From an uncultured Verrucomicrobiales bacterium (GTDB lineage: Bacteria; Verrucomicrobiota; Verrucomicrobiia; Verrucomicrobiales; Akkermansiaceae), in contig CALGZA010000036.1 of assembly GCA_937934595.1 (NCBI GenBank), positions 7,637-71,636 on the forward strand: a stretch of DNA of 64,000 bases, read 5' to 3'. The translations under genes and the position numbers were made by a program. Positions within the stretch are counted from its first letter, which is position 1. Each line of letters opens with the position of its first letter. The notes under the pieces were generated by a model. It had not been told where the DNA came from and did not search any database. It worked only from the letters and a program-made list of their open reading frames with translations. Below, one piece after another: positions 11,745 through 21,254 of the stretch.

Positions 11745-11895
11745 CCTAAGGCTGGTACCCTGACTTAATATATCATTCGTAATGAACCATATAAATCACA
11801 GTGGCGTAACCGCTCCGGAATTTGAACTCTCTCAAGCCCAGCACCGGTATTCCCCATCTATTGCCTGCTCGTGCCACGAGCCTCCCTAGAAAATC
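11745..11895 (-). promoter_or_regulatory. Cobalamin (B12) riboswitch
   Basis: Minus strand reads GGGGAATACCGGTG...AAATTCCGGAGCGGTTACGCCACTGTGA...AAGTCAGGGTACCAGCC, which are the B12-box and core motifs; upstream of btuB. Ends are approximate. Confidence 0.9.
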
Positions 11896-12182
11896 AAAAT
11901 CACTCATTACAAGTAACTTCGTCCCGCACGTAGTAGTCAGAAAATCAACAATAGCAAGAAATGATTCTATCTAATGAAACAAACATCCCATGCAGTAATA
12001 CCAAAAAAACAAACAAAAGAATCATTTCTCTCTATCTCAAAAACATAATAAAAAAATGACACATGATGCATCACTAAAGAACATCGCAGCTAGAATGAAA
12101 CAGCCCCTAAAATACCCCAAAATGCACTTAAACCCCGAGAGCACATGCCACAAATACCAGCAAAGCCTCTAACATAAACTTA

Positions 12183-12998
12183 CTACTCTCCCACACCATA
12201 CTTCTCCTTCGCCTCCTTAAGAGGCACCGCTGTAGATGCCCCATCTTTCATCGCTATGATATAAAATCCATTACTAGGCTTCGGTGAAACAATAAACGCC
12301 TGCTCCGGATTCCCTCCAGCATCCACCCTCATTACCCAGTCCATCAAAACACCTGACTCAGGATCCCTAAACTTCATCGAATCTTTCACCTTAAGGTCAG
12401 CATACTTGACCCAATGCTCATTCAAAACCTTAGCCTGCAGAGCCAGCGTATATACCTGCCTTACCTTCATTATCTCCATAGTCTTTGCACTCGCAACCAA
12501 AGACGCCCTCATTGTCTTGCCTATCCGAGACATCAATAGCTGATCAGCCACATCAGAATCTGCAGTAAATGTACTAAAATAACGACAAATAACCAACATT
12601 TGTAAACCCACAGGCTGATTCGCACCTTCTATCTTCTCTCGAGTACTGTCCCAAAATGCTAATTGCTTCTCAAAACCCTTTACTCTGACATTATTCTTAA
12701 GACGCTCCTTATCTGCATCAGCTAAAACAAACACACCATCCCTCCTATATTTTTGTAACACGCCAGCAGCTACTTTTTTAAACCCACCTCTCGGCACAGC
12801 CTTACCCCTAGACTTCGCCACACCTTCTAACGCAATCAGAAAGCCTTTCATAAACCTCTCCTCTAAAACATTAAGATCCCCAACAGCTGCCCCACCTTCA
12901 ACATCCACTGGCTTTTTTGCACGTAAATCACTACCAGTTGCCATACCGAACACCACTAACAACAACACACCCATAACTCCAAATCTTCTATTCTTCAT
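12183..12998 (-). CDS. Hypothetical exported protein
   Basis: 271 aa ORF with signal-peptide-like N-terminus (MKNRRFGVMGVLLLVVFGMA); G/T-ending codons like neighbouring minus-strand genes; spaced as an operon with the 13007 gene. Confidence 0.75.
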   Translation of the reverse strand: MKNRRFGVMGVLLLVVFGMATGSDLRAKKPVDVEGGAAVGDLNVLEERFMKGFLIALEGVAKSRGKAVPRGGFKKVAAGVLQKYRRDGVFVLADADKERLKNNVRVKGFEKQLAFWDSTREKIEGANQPVGLQMLVICRYFSTFTADSDVADQLLMSRIGKTMRASLVASAKTMEIMKVRQVYTLALQAKVLNEHWVKYADLKVKDSMKFRDPESGVLMDWVMRVDAGGNPEQAFIVSPKPSNGFYIIAMKDGASTAVPLKEAKEKYGVGE

Positions 12999-13006
12999 AA
13001 TCGTAC

Positions 13007-13363
13007 CTATTGAATAATTCTCTTCTTCTCACCCTCCACATCCACACTCACAAACGTCACATTCGTAGAAAAAATAGACTCATTATCATCCGCCCTACCA
13101 CAATAAACCTCTACATTATAAGTAACAGATGTCTTCCCTAAATGCTTCTGCTCACAATGTATTACAAGTATTGAACCATTACTCACACCATGCTTAAAAA
13201 CAACCTCATCCATCCCTATCGTAACAAACTTACGCTTCGGAAAATCCAAACTCGCAGCTATAAAACTAGCCTCATCCACCCAGCTCAACAACGTCCCACC
13301 AAACAAAAAACCATACTGGTTCAAATCCGTCGTCATTACTAATCTACTAGTCTCATGTTTCAT
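13007..13363 (-). CDS. Acyl-CoA thioesterase (hotdog fold, YciA-like)
   Basis: DLNQYGFLFGGTLLSWVDE, VTIGMDEVVFK, GKTSVT motifs. Confidence 0.9.
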   Translation of the reverse strand: MKHETSRLVMTTDLNQYGFLFGGTLLSWVDEASFIAASLDFPKRKFVTIGMDEVVFKHGVSNGSILVIHCEQKHLGKTSVTYNVEVYCGRADDNESIFSTNVTFVSVDVEGEKKRIIQ

Positions 13364-13367
13364 ATCT

Positions 13368-13820
13368 CTATTCTATTTTCGGTGAAATTTCTACCCGCTT
13401 ATAACGAGCTGGTGACTGAGGAGAATGCGTCTCCACAGGCGCATCCATCAACGCATTATGCACCAAACGCCTATAATACGCATTCAGAGGACGCGTCCTA
13501 ACAGACTTACCAGTCTGCGCAACCTTAATTGCCAACTCCTTAACGTTAGACAATAAATCACCCTCCTGGCCCTGCCGATATCGGTCACAGTCCACCTTCA
13601 CCCTCGGAGCATCCTCATAATGCTTCTGCAATATCCGGTTCACCAAATACTGAATATCCTCCAGCCTATCTCCATTCTTGCCAATGATACTCTTACTGTG
13701 CTCAGATCCAATATGCAGACACAAACCACTATCCATACGCTCCCCACTTACCTCTATATCAAATCCAAGATGACCCATCATCGTCATTAAAATCTTCTCA
13801 GCCGCCAATTCCCAATTCAT
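13368..13820 (-). CDS. Jag/KhpB-like RNA-binding protein (KH + R3H)
   Basis: IIGKNGDRLEDIQYLVN (KH GxxG), VDCDRYR, PLNAYYRRLVHNAL (R3H). Start set at MNWEL (13820); the longer ORF to 13889 is possible. Confidence 0.85.
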   Translation of the reverse strand: MNWELAAEKILMTMMGHLGFDIEVSGERMDSGLCLHIGSEHSKSIIGKNGDRLEDIQYLVNRILQKHYEDAPRVKVDCDRYRQGQEGDLLSNVKELAIKVAQTGKSVRTRPLNAYYRRLVHNALMDAPVETHSPQSPARYKRVEISPKIE

Positions 13821-13928
13821 AACCACACTATAAGCCCCTCTCTTAACAAGCGCAATATCGAAATATTGCTTGCTGGAAAACCACCCCACAGCTAAAACTA
13901 ATTAAAGCCAATCACCCATCATAACCTA

Positions 13929-15065
13929 ATGCCAGCTAAGCCAAACATCCACCTCATCCACGGAACTGACGACGGCGCTGTCGCAGAAGCCGCCACCAAA
14001 CTATTTAACCAAGTCAAACCATCAGATGAAAACGACTTCTCTAACGATATCATCGACGGAAACGCAGACAACGCTGAACACGCAAACAAAATCTGCCTAG
14101 ACACCATCCAAGCCCTCCTCACTCTACCATTCTTCGGTGGAGCAAAAGTCGTCTGGCTCAAACGCGCAACATTCATGGGCACAGACAGAACAGGTGAAGC
14201 AGCACGCGCAAAAGAAGGAGTAGAAGCTATTCTAGACACACTCGAAGCAGGCATCGGAGACGATATCCACTTCATCATCTCAGCCACTGCCATCCATAAA
14301 AGTCGCAGATTCTTCAAATACCTCAAAAAACACGCCAACCTCATAGAACACAACAAACTAGACACATCAAAAGATGGCTGGGAAGAACAAGTCGCCATCA
14401 TCGTAGAAAAAAAAGCAGCCGCGCTAAAAATCACTTTCGATCAAGATGCCATGGAACTATTCGTCGCCCTCGCAGGTGAAGACACTCGCCAAATCAACAA
14501 CGAACTCGAAAAAATCGACCTCTACATCGGAAAAGAAAACAGAACAGTCAGCATTCAACACGTCCGTGACATCGTCCCCCTTTCCCGTGCTGGCGTCATC
14601 TTCGAAATAGGCAGCTCCATCCAGAAAGCAGACGCCATCCGCGCGCTAGAACTCATTGATCAGCAACTAGCCAGAGGAGAATCAGCCATCGCCATACTTC
14701 GCGCATCTCTCATCCCCACCATCCGTAACCTATTCATGGCAAAAGCTGTCCAGCAAATGTTCCCTAACCAACAACTCGACCGCTTCAACATCAGCAAAAC
14801 ACTCAACTCACTCCCCAGCAGCGACACCCAATGGCTCCCTCAAAAGAAAACCGGCGGAGTCAACACCTGGTCACTCGCATTCGCCATCATTCCTGCAAGA
14901 GCATACCCCATGAGCGCACTCATACACGCACTAGAATCAGCACTATACGCAGACAAAAACCTCGTCACCACAAGCCTAGACCACCGCATGATTCTCCACC
15001 GCCTAGTCGTCGAACTCATCTCATCAGCCACCACCAAAAACAAACCAAAACAACACGCATCCTAA
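13929..15065 (+). CDS. holA: DNA polymerase III subunit delta
   Basis: IHLIHGTDD, TLPFFGGAKVVWLK, NELEKIDLYIG, IFEIG, DKNLVT; 378 aa. Confidence 0.85.
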   Translation: MPAKPNIHLIHGTDDGAVAEAATKLFNQVKPSDENDFSNDIIDGNADNAEHANKICLDTIQALLTLPFFGGAKVVWLKRATFMGTDRTGEAARAKEGVEAILDTLEAGIGDDIHFIISATAIHKSRRFFKYLKKHANLIEHNKLDTSKDGWEEQVAIIVEKKAAALKITFDQDAMELFVALAGEDTRQINNELEKIDLYIGKENRTVSIQHVRDIVPLSRAGVIFEIGSSIQKADAIRALELIDQQLARGESAIAILRASLIPTIRNLFMAKAVQQMFPNQQLDRFNISKTLNSLPSSDTQWLPQKKTGGVNTWSLAFAIIPARAYPMSALIHALESALYADKNLVTTSLDHRMILHRLVVELISSATTKNKPKQHAS

Positions 15066-15075
15066 AATAACCACC

Positions 15076-15444
15076 ATGAAAATAACCCTCATCGCCCTCA
15101 CCGCAGGCGCAGCAGCTGGACTACTAGGCGCACTCTGCGGTGTAGGTGGTGGTATCGTCATGGTCCCCATATTCACCACAGCACTCGGCATCGAGCACAA
15201 AAACGCCATCGCCACATCACTCGCAGTCATCGTCATCACAGCACTAGTCGCCACCATTAACAACGCTCGTCCTCACACCACAGTAAACATAGACTGGCGC
15301 ATCGTCGCCATCACAGCCACAGGCGCAGCCATCGCAGCATGGTGGGGCTCAGACCTCATGCACCAACTCAAATCCCCCATCCTCACCAAAATATTCGCCA
15401 TCACTCTCATCCTATTCGGCGTCAAAATGCTCATCACCAAATAA
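15076..15444 (+). CDS. Half-size sulfite exporter TauE/SafE (TSUP) family protein
   Basis: GALCGVGGGIVMVP and AIATSLAVIV motifs; about 4 hydrophobic segments in 122 aa. Confidence 0.85.
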   Translation: MKITLIALTAGAAAGLLGALCGVGGGIVMVPIFTTALGIEHKNAIATSLAVIVITALVATINNARPHTTVNIDWRIVAITATGAAIAAWWGSDLMHQLKSPILTKIFAITLILFGVKMLITK

Positions 15445-15457
15445 CCAAATAACACAC

Positions 15458-16540
15458 ATGCCACTACCTAAACTATACATCCCTGGACCAGTCGATATCG
15501 CACCAGAAACATACGCCGCCATGGCAGAACCCATCATCGGACACCGCGGACCAGACTTCGAAAAACTCTACGCAGCCATCCAGCCAAACCTCAAAAAAAT
15601 CGCAGGAACAGAACATAACATCTTCATATCAACATCATCAGCATGGGGAGTCATGGAAGCGGCCATCAAAAACCTCGTCCAATCAAAAGTCCTCAACCTC
15701 TGCTGCGGTGCATTCTCAGACAAATGGTACTCAGTAGCCAAAGCATGCGGTAAACAAGCAGAAAAAATACAAGCAGAATGGGGACAACCCATAGACCCAG
15801 AAACAGTCCGCGCAAAACTCCAAGAAGGAGGGTTCGACACCGTAACACTCGTACACAACGAAACCTCAACAGGCGTCATGAACCCACTCAAAGAAATCGC
15901 AGCCATCGTCAAATCATTCCCAGACACACTCCTCGTCGTAGACACCGTATCATCATTCTCAGCAGTACCCACACCCATGGACGAACTCGGCATAGACGTC
16001 CTCCTCGCAGGCGTACAAAAAGCCCTCGCACTCCCCCCAGGCATCACCATCTTCGGAGTATCCCCCGCCGCCCTCAAACGCGCAGAAACCACCCCAGACA
16101 GAGGATACTACCTAGACTTCCTAGAATTCGCCAAAGCTGACAAAAAAAATAACACACCCACCACGCCAGCCATCGCCCTACTCTACGCACTCAAACACAA
16201 AGTCAACGCCATCGCACAAGAAGGACTAGAAAACCGCTACGCGCGCCACACCAAGCTCAACAAAATGCTCATCGCATGGGCCAACAAACACGGACTAAAA
16301 AGCATAGCACCACCCTCCGCACAATCCCAAACCCTCCTCTGCATAGACAATAAAGACAACCGCATCGACGTCCCCGCATTCATCAAAGCACTCAAAAACA
16401 AACACAACATCCTCATAAACGGAGGATACGGCAAAATCAAAGGCACCACCTTCCGTATCTCAAACATGGGCAACGAAACAGAAACCACCATCAACCACCT
16501 CACACAATGCCTAGACGACATCATAAAAGACTTCATCTAA
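15458..16540 (+). CDS. Class V PLP aminotransferase (alanine-glyoxylate/serine-pyruvate family)
   Basis: IPGPV, VHNETSTGV, VDTVSS, GVQKALALPPG (PLP lysine), FRISNMG. Confidence 0.93.
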   Translation: MPLPKLYIPGPVDIAPETYAAMAEPIIGHRGPDFEKLYAAIQPNLKKIAGTEHNIFISTSSAWGVMEAAIKNLVQSKVLNLCCGAFSDKWYSVAKACGKQAEKIQAEWGQPIDPETVRAKLQEGGFDTVTLVHNETSTGVMNPLKEIAAIVKSFPDTLLVVDTVSSFSAVPTPMDELGIDVLLAGVQKALALPPGITIFGVSPAALKRAETTPDRGYYLDFLEFAKADKKNNTPTTPAIALLYALKHKVNAIAQEGLENRYARHTKLNKMLIAWANKHGLKSIAPPSAQSQTLLCIDNKDNRIDVPAFIKALKNKHNILINGGYGKIKGTTFRISNMGNETETTINHLTQCLDDIIKDFI

Positions 16541-16550
16541 CCAAAAAAAC

Positions 16551-17219
16551 ATGCCCAGCCACACCAACAACCCATACGCACCACCAGAAACCAACAGCAA
16601 CCCCCAGCCAAACACACAATACCTAGAGCAAGACGGCTACAGCCACAAAGGCCAGCTCATCGCAAACCAACACTTCAAATCACCCCCCATCTGTGCCAAA
16701 CTAGGCACACCCATCCCACCAGAAACCAACACAAGCAAAACAGAAATCACGGTTACCAGAACCACCCCACTCCCCAGAATCCTAGCCGCCCTCGCCTCCC
16801 TGGCAGGATTCATGCTCATCCTACTATTCTGCCTTTACGGAACCTTCTACCACATCACACCAAAAATAGTCGCCTACCTCCTCATCACCAAACTCATCAA
16901 ACACCTCTGCACTAAACCCTACAAAATACCCTTCTACCTCTCACCCACATACACCCGCATCCGCTCACGCCGCATCAAAACATTCGCCGCCATAGCCATC
17001 ATCCTCACCCCACTCCAAATCTACGCAATCATCCAGCAAAGCATTAGCATCTCACTCCCCACCCTCATCATAGCCATCATAACCTACGCCCTATACACAC
17101 TCAAAACAACCTACTTCATCGTCACCCAAACCATCGGAGAATACCACTACATCACAGGCGTCCACCCAAACCTACTCCAAACCCTCCACCCACTACCCGC
17201 CACCCAACAATCCCCCTAA
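16551..17219 (+). CDS. Hypothetical membrane protein (NPYxPP N-terminus)
   Basis: NPYAPP start typical of PVC membrane proteins; about 4 hydrophobic segments; operon spacing. Confidence 0.7.
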   Translation: MPSHTNNPYAPPETNSNPQPNTQYLEQDGYSHKGQLIANQHFKSPPICAKLGTPIPPETNTSKTEITVTRTTPLPRILAALASLAGFMLILLFCLYGTFYHITPKIVAYLLITKLIKHLCTKPYKIPFYLSPTYTRIRSRRIKTFAAIAIILTPLQIYAIIQQSISISLPTLIIAIITYALYTLKTTYFIVTQTIGEYHYITGVHPNLLQTLHPLPATQQSP

Positions 17220-17270
17220 TCAGCACTATTGGAGTTGTAAAATAAAAACTTATCACTAGGGTTCCCCCCC

Positions 17271-17924
17271 GTGTCAGATCAACCACAAAACACCCCGCTC
17301 CACGCAAAAACCAAAAAAAAGCCACGCCCAGTCAAAAAACACTGGCGTAAGCGGTGGTCCCTACGCGCACTCATACTCCTCCTCATACTCATAACCTACT
17401 CAGCATGGCAAATGTGGGACATCAACCACTTCGGCCACACAGATGACCAGTCCTCAGCTGACTGCGCCATCGTCCTAGGAGCCGCCGCATGGCATAACAA
17501 ACCATCACCAGTCTTCAAAGAACGCATCAACCACGCCATCATACTTCTCAAACAAAAACGCATCAAAGCCATCATCCTCACAGGCGGATACGGAAACAAC
17601 GCACAATACGCAGAATCAGAAGTCGCCCGCAAATACTGCCTCAAAAACGGCGTCCTCCCTCACCAAATACACATCGAAAAAGCATCTCAAACCACCCAAG
17701 AAAACATCATTGAAGCTAAAAAAATCATGCAGCAAAAAAACTTCAAAAACACTCTCATCATAAGCGACCCCTGGCACCTCAAACGCGCATGCAACATCGC
17801 AAAACACTACAAAATTAAAGCAAAACCATCAGCAACCAAAACATCACTCTACACATCAGAAAAAACCCAGACCACATTCATCTGGAAAGAATTCCTCTAC
17901 CTTCACCTCTGGAGACTCAACTAA
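17271..17924 (+). CDS. YdcF/DUF218 family protein
   Basis: AIVLGAA, IILTGG, SEVARKY, EKASQTTQENI, ISDPWHLKRA; GTG start. Confidence 0.9.
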   Translation: MSDQPQNTPLHAKTKKKPRPVKKHWRKRWSLRALILLLILITYSAWQMWDINHFGHTDDQSSADCAIVLGAAAWHNKPSPVFKERINHAIILLKQKRIKAIILTGGYGNNAQYAESEVARKYCLKNGVLPHQIHIEKASQTTQENIIEAKKIMQQKNFKNTLIISDPWHLKRACNIAKHYKIKAKPSATKTSLYTSEKTQTTFIWKEFLYLHLWRLN

Positions 17925-17933
17925 TTAATAACC

Positions 17934-18983
17934 ATGACAGTAAACTTCAACACAGCAAACATCACCGCACTAACTCTCGCAAAAGTAGGTAACCCACAAC
18001 GCGGAGAATCACTCAAAACATCAAAAGAACTCTGCCGCTTCAGTGACCAAGACAAAGACATGCTAACCCTAGCATTCACCAAACCATTCAGAAACCTAGA
18101 CCGTAGCAGCTTCTACCACTCATCAAACATCGAACTAAACGAAATGTTCAGCTTCGCATCCACCATCTTCGACCAACCAGAAAGATTCCTCACATACTCC
18201 CGCAAAATAGCCAGACACCTATTCGACCAAACAAAACACCCCAACATCAAATCCGGTGACCTCTGCATCGCAAGCATCGAAGGAATCAAAGTAGACGGCA
18301 AAACAACTAACGCCATCGCCATCATCAAATCAGAAAGCCTATTCCCATTCCTAGAAATCTCCGACAAAGACGGCGACCTACAACTCACCACACACAACGG
18401 AATCTACCCAGAAAAAATCGACAAAGGATGCCTCATCCTAGACACAGACCGCCAAAACGGAAACATCCTATACACATTCGATAAAGCAGGCGCTGACACC
18501 AACTTCTGGGTCAGAGACTTCATCGGCGCTCGAGCCAAAAAAGACAACGACTTCAAAACACGCCAATACGCAGACATGTGCGTCTCATTCGCAGAAGAAG
18601 GACTCCCAGGTGACGTCCCCACAGAAGAACGCTACCGAGTCGCCAATGACGCCATCACCTACATGAACGAACGTGAACAATTCGATGAAACACACTTCCA
18701 AGAAGAAGTCCTAAAAGAACCCTCACTCGTCGAAAACTTCCAAACCTTCAAAAAACAATTCAAAGACGAAGACGGAGAAGAACTAGACCACAACTTCACC
18801 ATCTCAAAAGCACAACTCAAAAAAGCCAGCAGCAAAATCAAAGCAGCACTCAAACTAGACACAGGTGTCATCATGCGCTTCACACCAGACTTCGTCGAAC
18901 GAGAATCAGACATCCTAGAAAGAGGCTACGATGAAGAAATGAAAATGAAATACGTCAAAATCTACTACAACGAAGAACTCTAA
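17934..18983 (+). CDS. Nucleoid-associated protein (NA37/YejK-like family)
   Basis: HPNIKSGDL, IAIIKSE, GIYPEKIDKGCLI, FWVRDF, LKLDTG and YVKIYYNEE resemble the 37 kDa nucleoid-associated family. Confidence 0.75.
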   Translation: MTVNFNTANITALTLAKVGNPQRGESLKTSKELCRFSDQDKDMLTLAFTKPFRNLDRSSFYHSSNIELNEMFSFASTIFDQPERFLTYSRKIARHLFDQTKHPNIKSGDLCIASIEGIKVDGKTTNAIAIIKSESLFPFLEISDKDGDLQLTTHNGIYPEKIDKGCLILDTDRQNGNILYTFDKAGADTNFWVRDFIGARAKKDNDFKTRQYADMCVSFAEEGLPGDVPTEERYRVANDAITYMNEREQFDETHFQEEVLKEPSLVENFQTFKKQFKDEDGEELDHNFTISKAQLKKASSKIKAALKLDTGVIMRFTPDFVERESDILERGYDEEMKMKYVKIYYNEEL

Positions 18984-19127
18984 AACCTCCACCTCCACCT
19001 TCCCCCCAAAAAAAATCCCCACAAAAAAACTGGAATAATCAGCCCCCTCGTCTATCATACCTAATAATAACTCAAAATAACCACCCCTCCCTTAAGACCA
19101 ATCACTAACCATAGACGAAACACCGCC

Positions 19128-19544
19128 ATGACCAAAAAAATCACACTCATTCCCCTTCTCCTCCTCACACTCACCATCACCACCCTCGCAGGAGGTAAAC
19201 ACCAACCAGAAATCACCCCCAAAGCGCGCCAAATAATAGCACTAAAAACACTCAAAAAATCCCCTAACTCCATCCTCGTATTCGCCAAAGGACTCGTCTG
19301 CGAATCCTGCGCCATCGGCATCAGAAAAAAACTCCAGCGCCTAAAATTCATTAACACCAAAATGCCAAAAAAAGGAATCACCCTAGACGTCTATTCACAA
19401 CTCGTCACCATCACACTCAAACCAAAAGCACCCATCAACAAAAAAGCCATAACAAAAGCCATCAAAAGCGCAGGCTACAAACCCATCACACTCTTCATCC
19501 TCGGAAAAAATAACAAACTCATCACACACCCACTTACCCAATAA
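19128..19544 (+). CDS. Exported heavy-metal-associated (HMA-like) protein
   Basis: Signal peptide, then GLVCESCAIGIRKKL (CxxC) and AIKSAGY, both typical of HMA domains. Confidence 0.75.
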   Translation: MTKKITLIPLLLLTLTITTLAGGKHQPEITPKARQIIALKTLKKSPNSILVFAKGLVCESCAIGIRKKLQRLKFINTKMPKKGITLDVYSQLVTITLKPKAPINKKAITKAIKSAGYKPITLFILGKNNKLITHPLTQ

Positions 19545-19570
19545 TCACCCAATAATCACCCACTACACTC

Positions 19571-20383
19571 ATGAAAATACTCTGGGCACTCGCCATCACC
19601 ACACTCCTCCCGCTCAAACTCATTGCCGACCAACCCATCACCAACATGATGCCCCGCTGGAACAACGGCTACGGATTCCAATTCATCCAAGAATACCGCC
19701 ACAACACTGACCTACTCCTCGGAAAACAAAAAATAGGCAACGGACTATCAGAAGAAGCTCACATCATAAACATCGAAGGAGTATACACCTGGAAACGATG
19801 GATCCGCCTCACAGCCAAACTCCCATACACACTCCACGCCAAACGTCAGCTACTAGACCAACAAGGAAACACATTCACCCAAACCACACAAGGAATAGGA
19901 GACCTCACACTAGCCCTACCACTCAAAAAATACTTCAACCTAGACGGCAGATCGGGATCCTGGACCATCGCACCACAACTCAGAATCCCACTCACAGGTA
20001 AATCCCCATACGAAATCGGTGACGGAGAATGGGGCGGCGGACTATCACTAGGATATGAAACAGAAACAGCACAATGGTTCTTCGGAACCAGCACCACAGC
20101 ATGGGTCTTCGATAACCACGAACCCTTCGAAATATCAACCAGCATCGACCTAGGACGCAACATAGCAGCATTCGGATCCAGCGGCCAAATCACATGGGAA
20201 ACAGACTTCACTTGGGAAGACAACGGATCACGTAAAATCAAAGCAGGACCAGCCATATACTGGAAACTAAATGACACCATTCACCTCCGTGCAGACTGGA
20301 AACACCACTTCTACGAAAAAAAAACCATCCTAGACCACGGAAACGGAGACACCCTCAAGCTAACACTAGGATTCGTATTCTAA
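19571..20383 (+). CDS. Putative outer-membrane beta-barrel protein
   Basis: Signal peptide, GIGDLTLA motif, alternating beta-strand pattern, C-terminal LTLGFVF. Confidence 0.7.
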   Translation: MKILWALAITTLLPLKLIADQPITNMMPRWNNGYGFQFIQEYRHNTDLLLGKQKIGNGLSEEAHIINIEGVYTWKRWIRLTAKLPYTLHAKRQLLDQQGNTFTQTTQGIGDLTLALPLKKYFNLDGRSGSWTIAPQLRIPLTGKSPYEIGDGEWGGGLSLGYETETAQWFFGTSTTAWVFDNHEPFEISTSIDLGRNIAAFGSSGQITWETDFTWEDNGSRKIKAGPAIYWKLNDTIHLRADWKHHFYEKKTILDHGNGDTLKLTLGFVF

Positions 20384-20463
20384 TACAATCAACCCATCAG
20401 CCCACCTCAAAAAACAAAACGAACGAACAAACGGACCCCCCAAACTCCCAGACCTAGAACGAA

Positions 20464-20674
20464 TTACACCATTTTAACTATTAGAATGGATTGATAGCAC
20501 AACAAGATAGCAAGTGTAGCAAGGCAAGAGGAAAGCGAATAGCGGACTATACAACTGACCAATAACAACGCTAATCTTGATATACTGTTTTGCACTTCAT
20601 AAAATCAGCGCTGCTGCTGTTCCCAAATGTATTAAAACTACTAGCAACCCAGACTAACTGTGAAAATGGTATTA
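20464..20674 (+). mobile_element. MITE-like repeat, copy 1 (211 bp)
   Basis: ttacaccattttaac...gtgaaaatggtatta; high similarity to the copies at 30923, 41962, 45714 and 61439. Confidence 0.88.
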
Positions 20675-20690
20675 TGGAGGAGATATGAAG

Positions 20691-20738
20691 AAAAATCAAA
20701 AAAGAAGAAGCACGTCCAGGTATTCCTGACGTGCTTCT
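20691..20738 (-). terminator. Intrinsic terminator of the island operon
   Basis: agaagcacgt-c-cagg-tatt-cctg-acgtgcttct hairpin; the minus strand continues TCTTTTTTGATTTTT; lies about 30 bp past the 20771 stop. Confidence 0.8.
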
Positions 20739-20770
20739 AGTTGTTTACGAAAATATAGTTGTAGCTTTGA

Positions 20771-21226
20771 TCAAAACCCAAAAACGTCTTCTAAATCTGT
20801 GTCTGGATCGTCGTATTTTTTCATGGTGCCTAACCATTCTTCTTTGCCTTGTTTGATGAGGTCTTGGAATTCTTGGTAGTCGGTTTTTGAAAATGCTCCA
20901 AGGTCATTGAGCCAGCCATAAAACTTTTTAAAGCTAGAGATATATTCTTTAATGGAGGATTCGCTTGACCACATACATTTGCGGATGAACCAACTGCCGA
21001 GGAAGTAATCGATGTGAAACATTGCCATATCGACTGTGGGTATCTCGTCTTCTTCACAGGTATTGATGATGAAATCATTGCCGTAGAACGCAATGTTCGA
21101 GCAGTGCTTTTCTATGGTTTTTTTAGTAAGTCCCTTTTTTTCAAGATAGACATAAAATGCTCTGATTTTGTTGTCGTTGATCTTGATGGTGCGTTCTGCC
21201 ATTTCTTCGTAGTCGTCTTCGCTCAT
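20771..21226 (-). CDS. Orphan protein resembling a tyrosine-recombinase N-terminal (core-binding/SAM-like) domain
   Basis: FYVYLEKKGLTKKTIEKHCSNI...FLGSWFIRKCMW...SSFKKFYGWL; no catalytic R-H-R-Y domain (151 aa). Confidence 0.65.
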   Translation of the reverse strand: MSEDDYEEMAERTIKINDNKIRAFYVYLEKKGLTKKTIEKHCSNIAFYGNDFIINTCEEDEIPTVDMAMFHIDYFLGSWFIRKCMWSSESSIKEYISSFKKFYGWLNDLGAFSKTDYQEFQDLIKQGKEEWLGTMKKYDDPDTDLEDVFGF

Positions 21227-21254
21227 GATAGCTATGGTGTTTATTGCAATACAT

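Noticed and set aside
19537-19561. Tandem 11-mer CCCAATAATCA x2 at the HMA gene stop
   Set aside because: Only two units in low-complexity C/A-rich DNA; likely a slippage duplication with no evident function.
20676-20729. GGAGG plus a 14-codon ORF MKKNQKRRSTSRYS just right of MITE copy 1
   Set aside because: It is the antisense read of the island terminator's U-tract and stem; too short to support.
20380-20770. attL duplication of the tRNA-Glu 3' end at the left island border
   Set aside because: No copy of TGGCATCCCGTAGGGG or a shorter part was found by eye, so integrase-mediated insertion is unproven.
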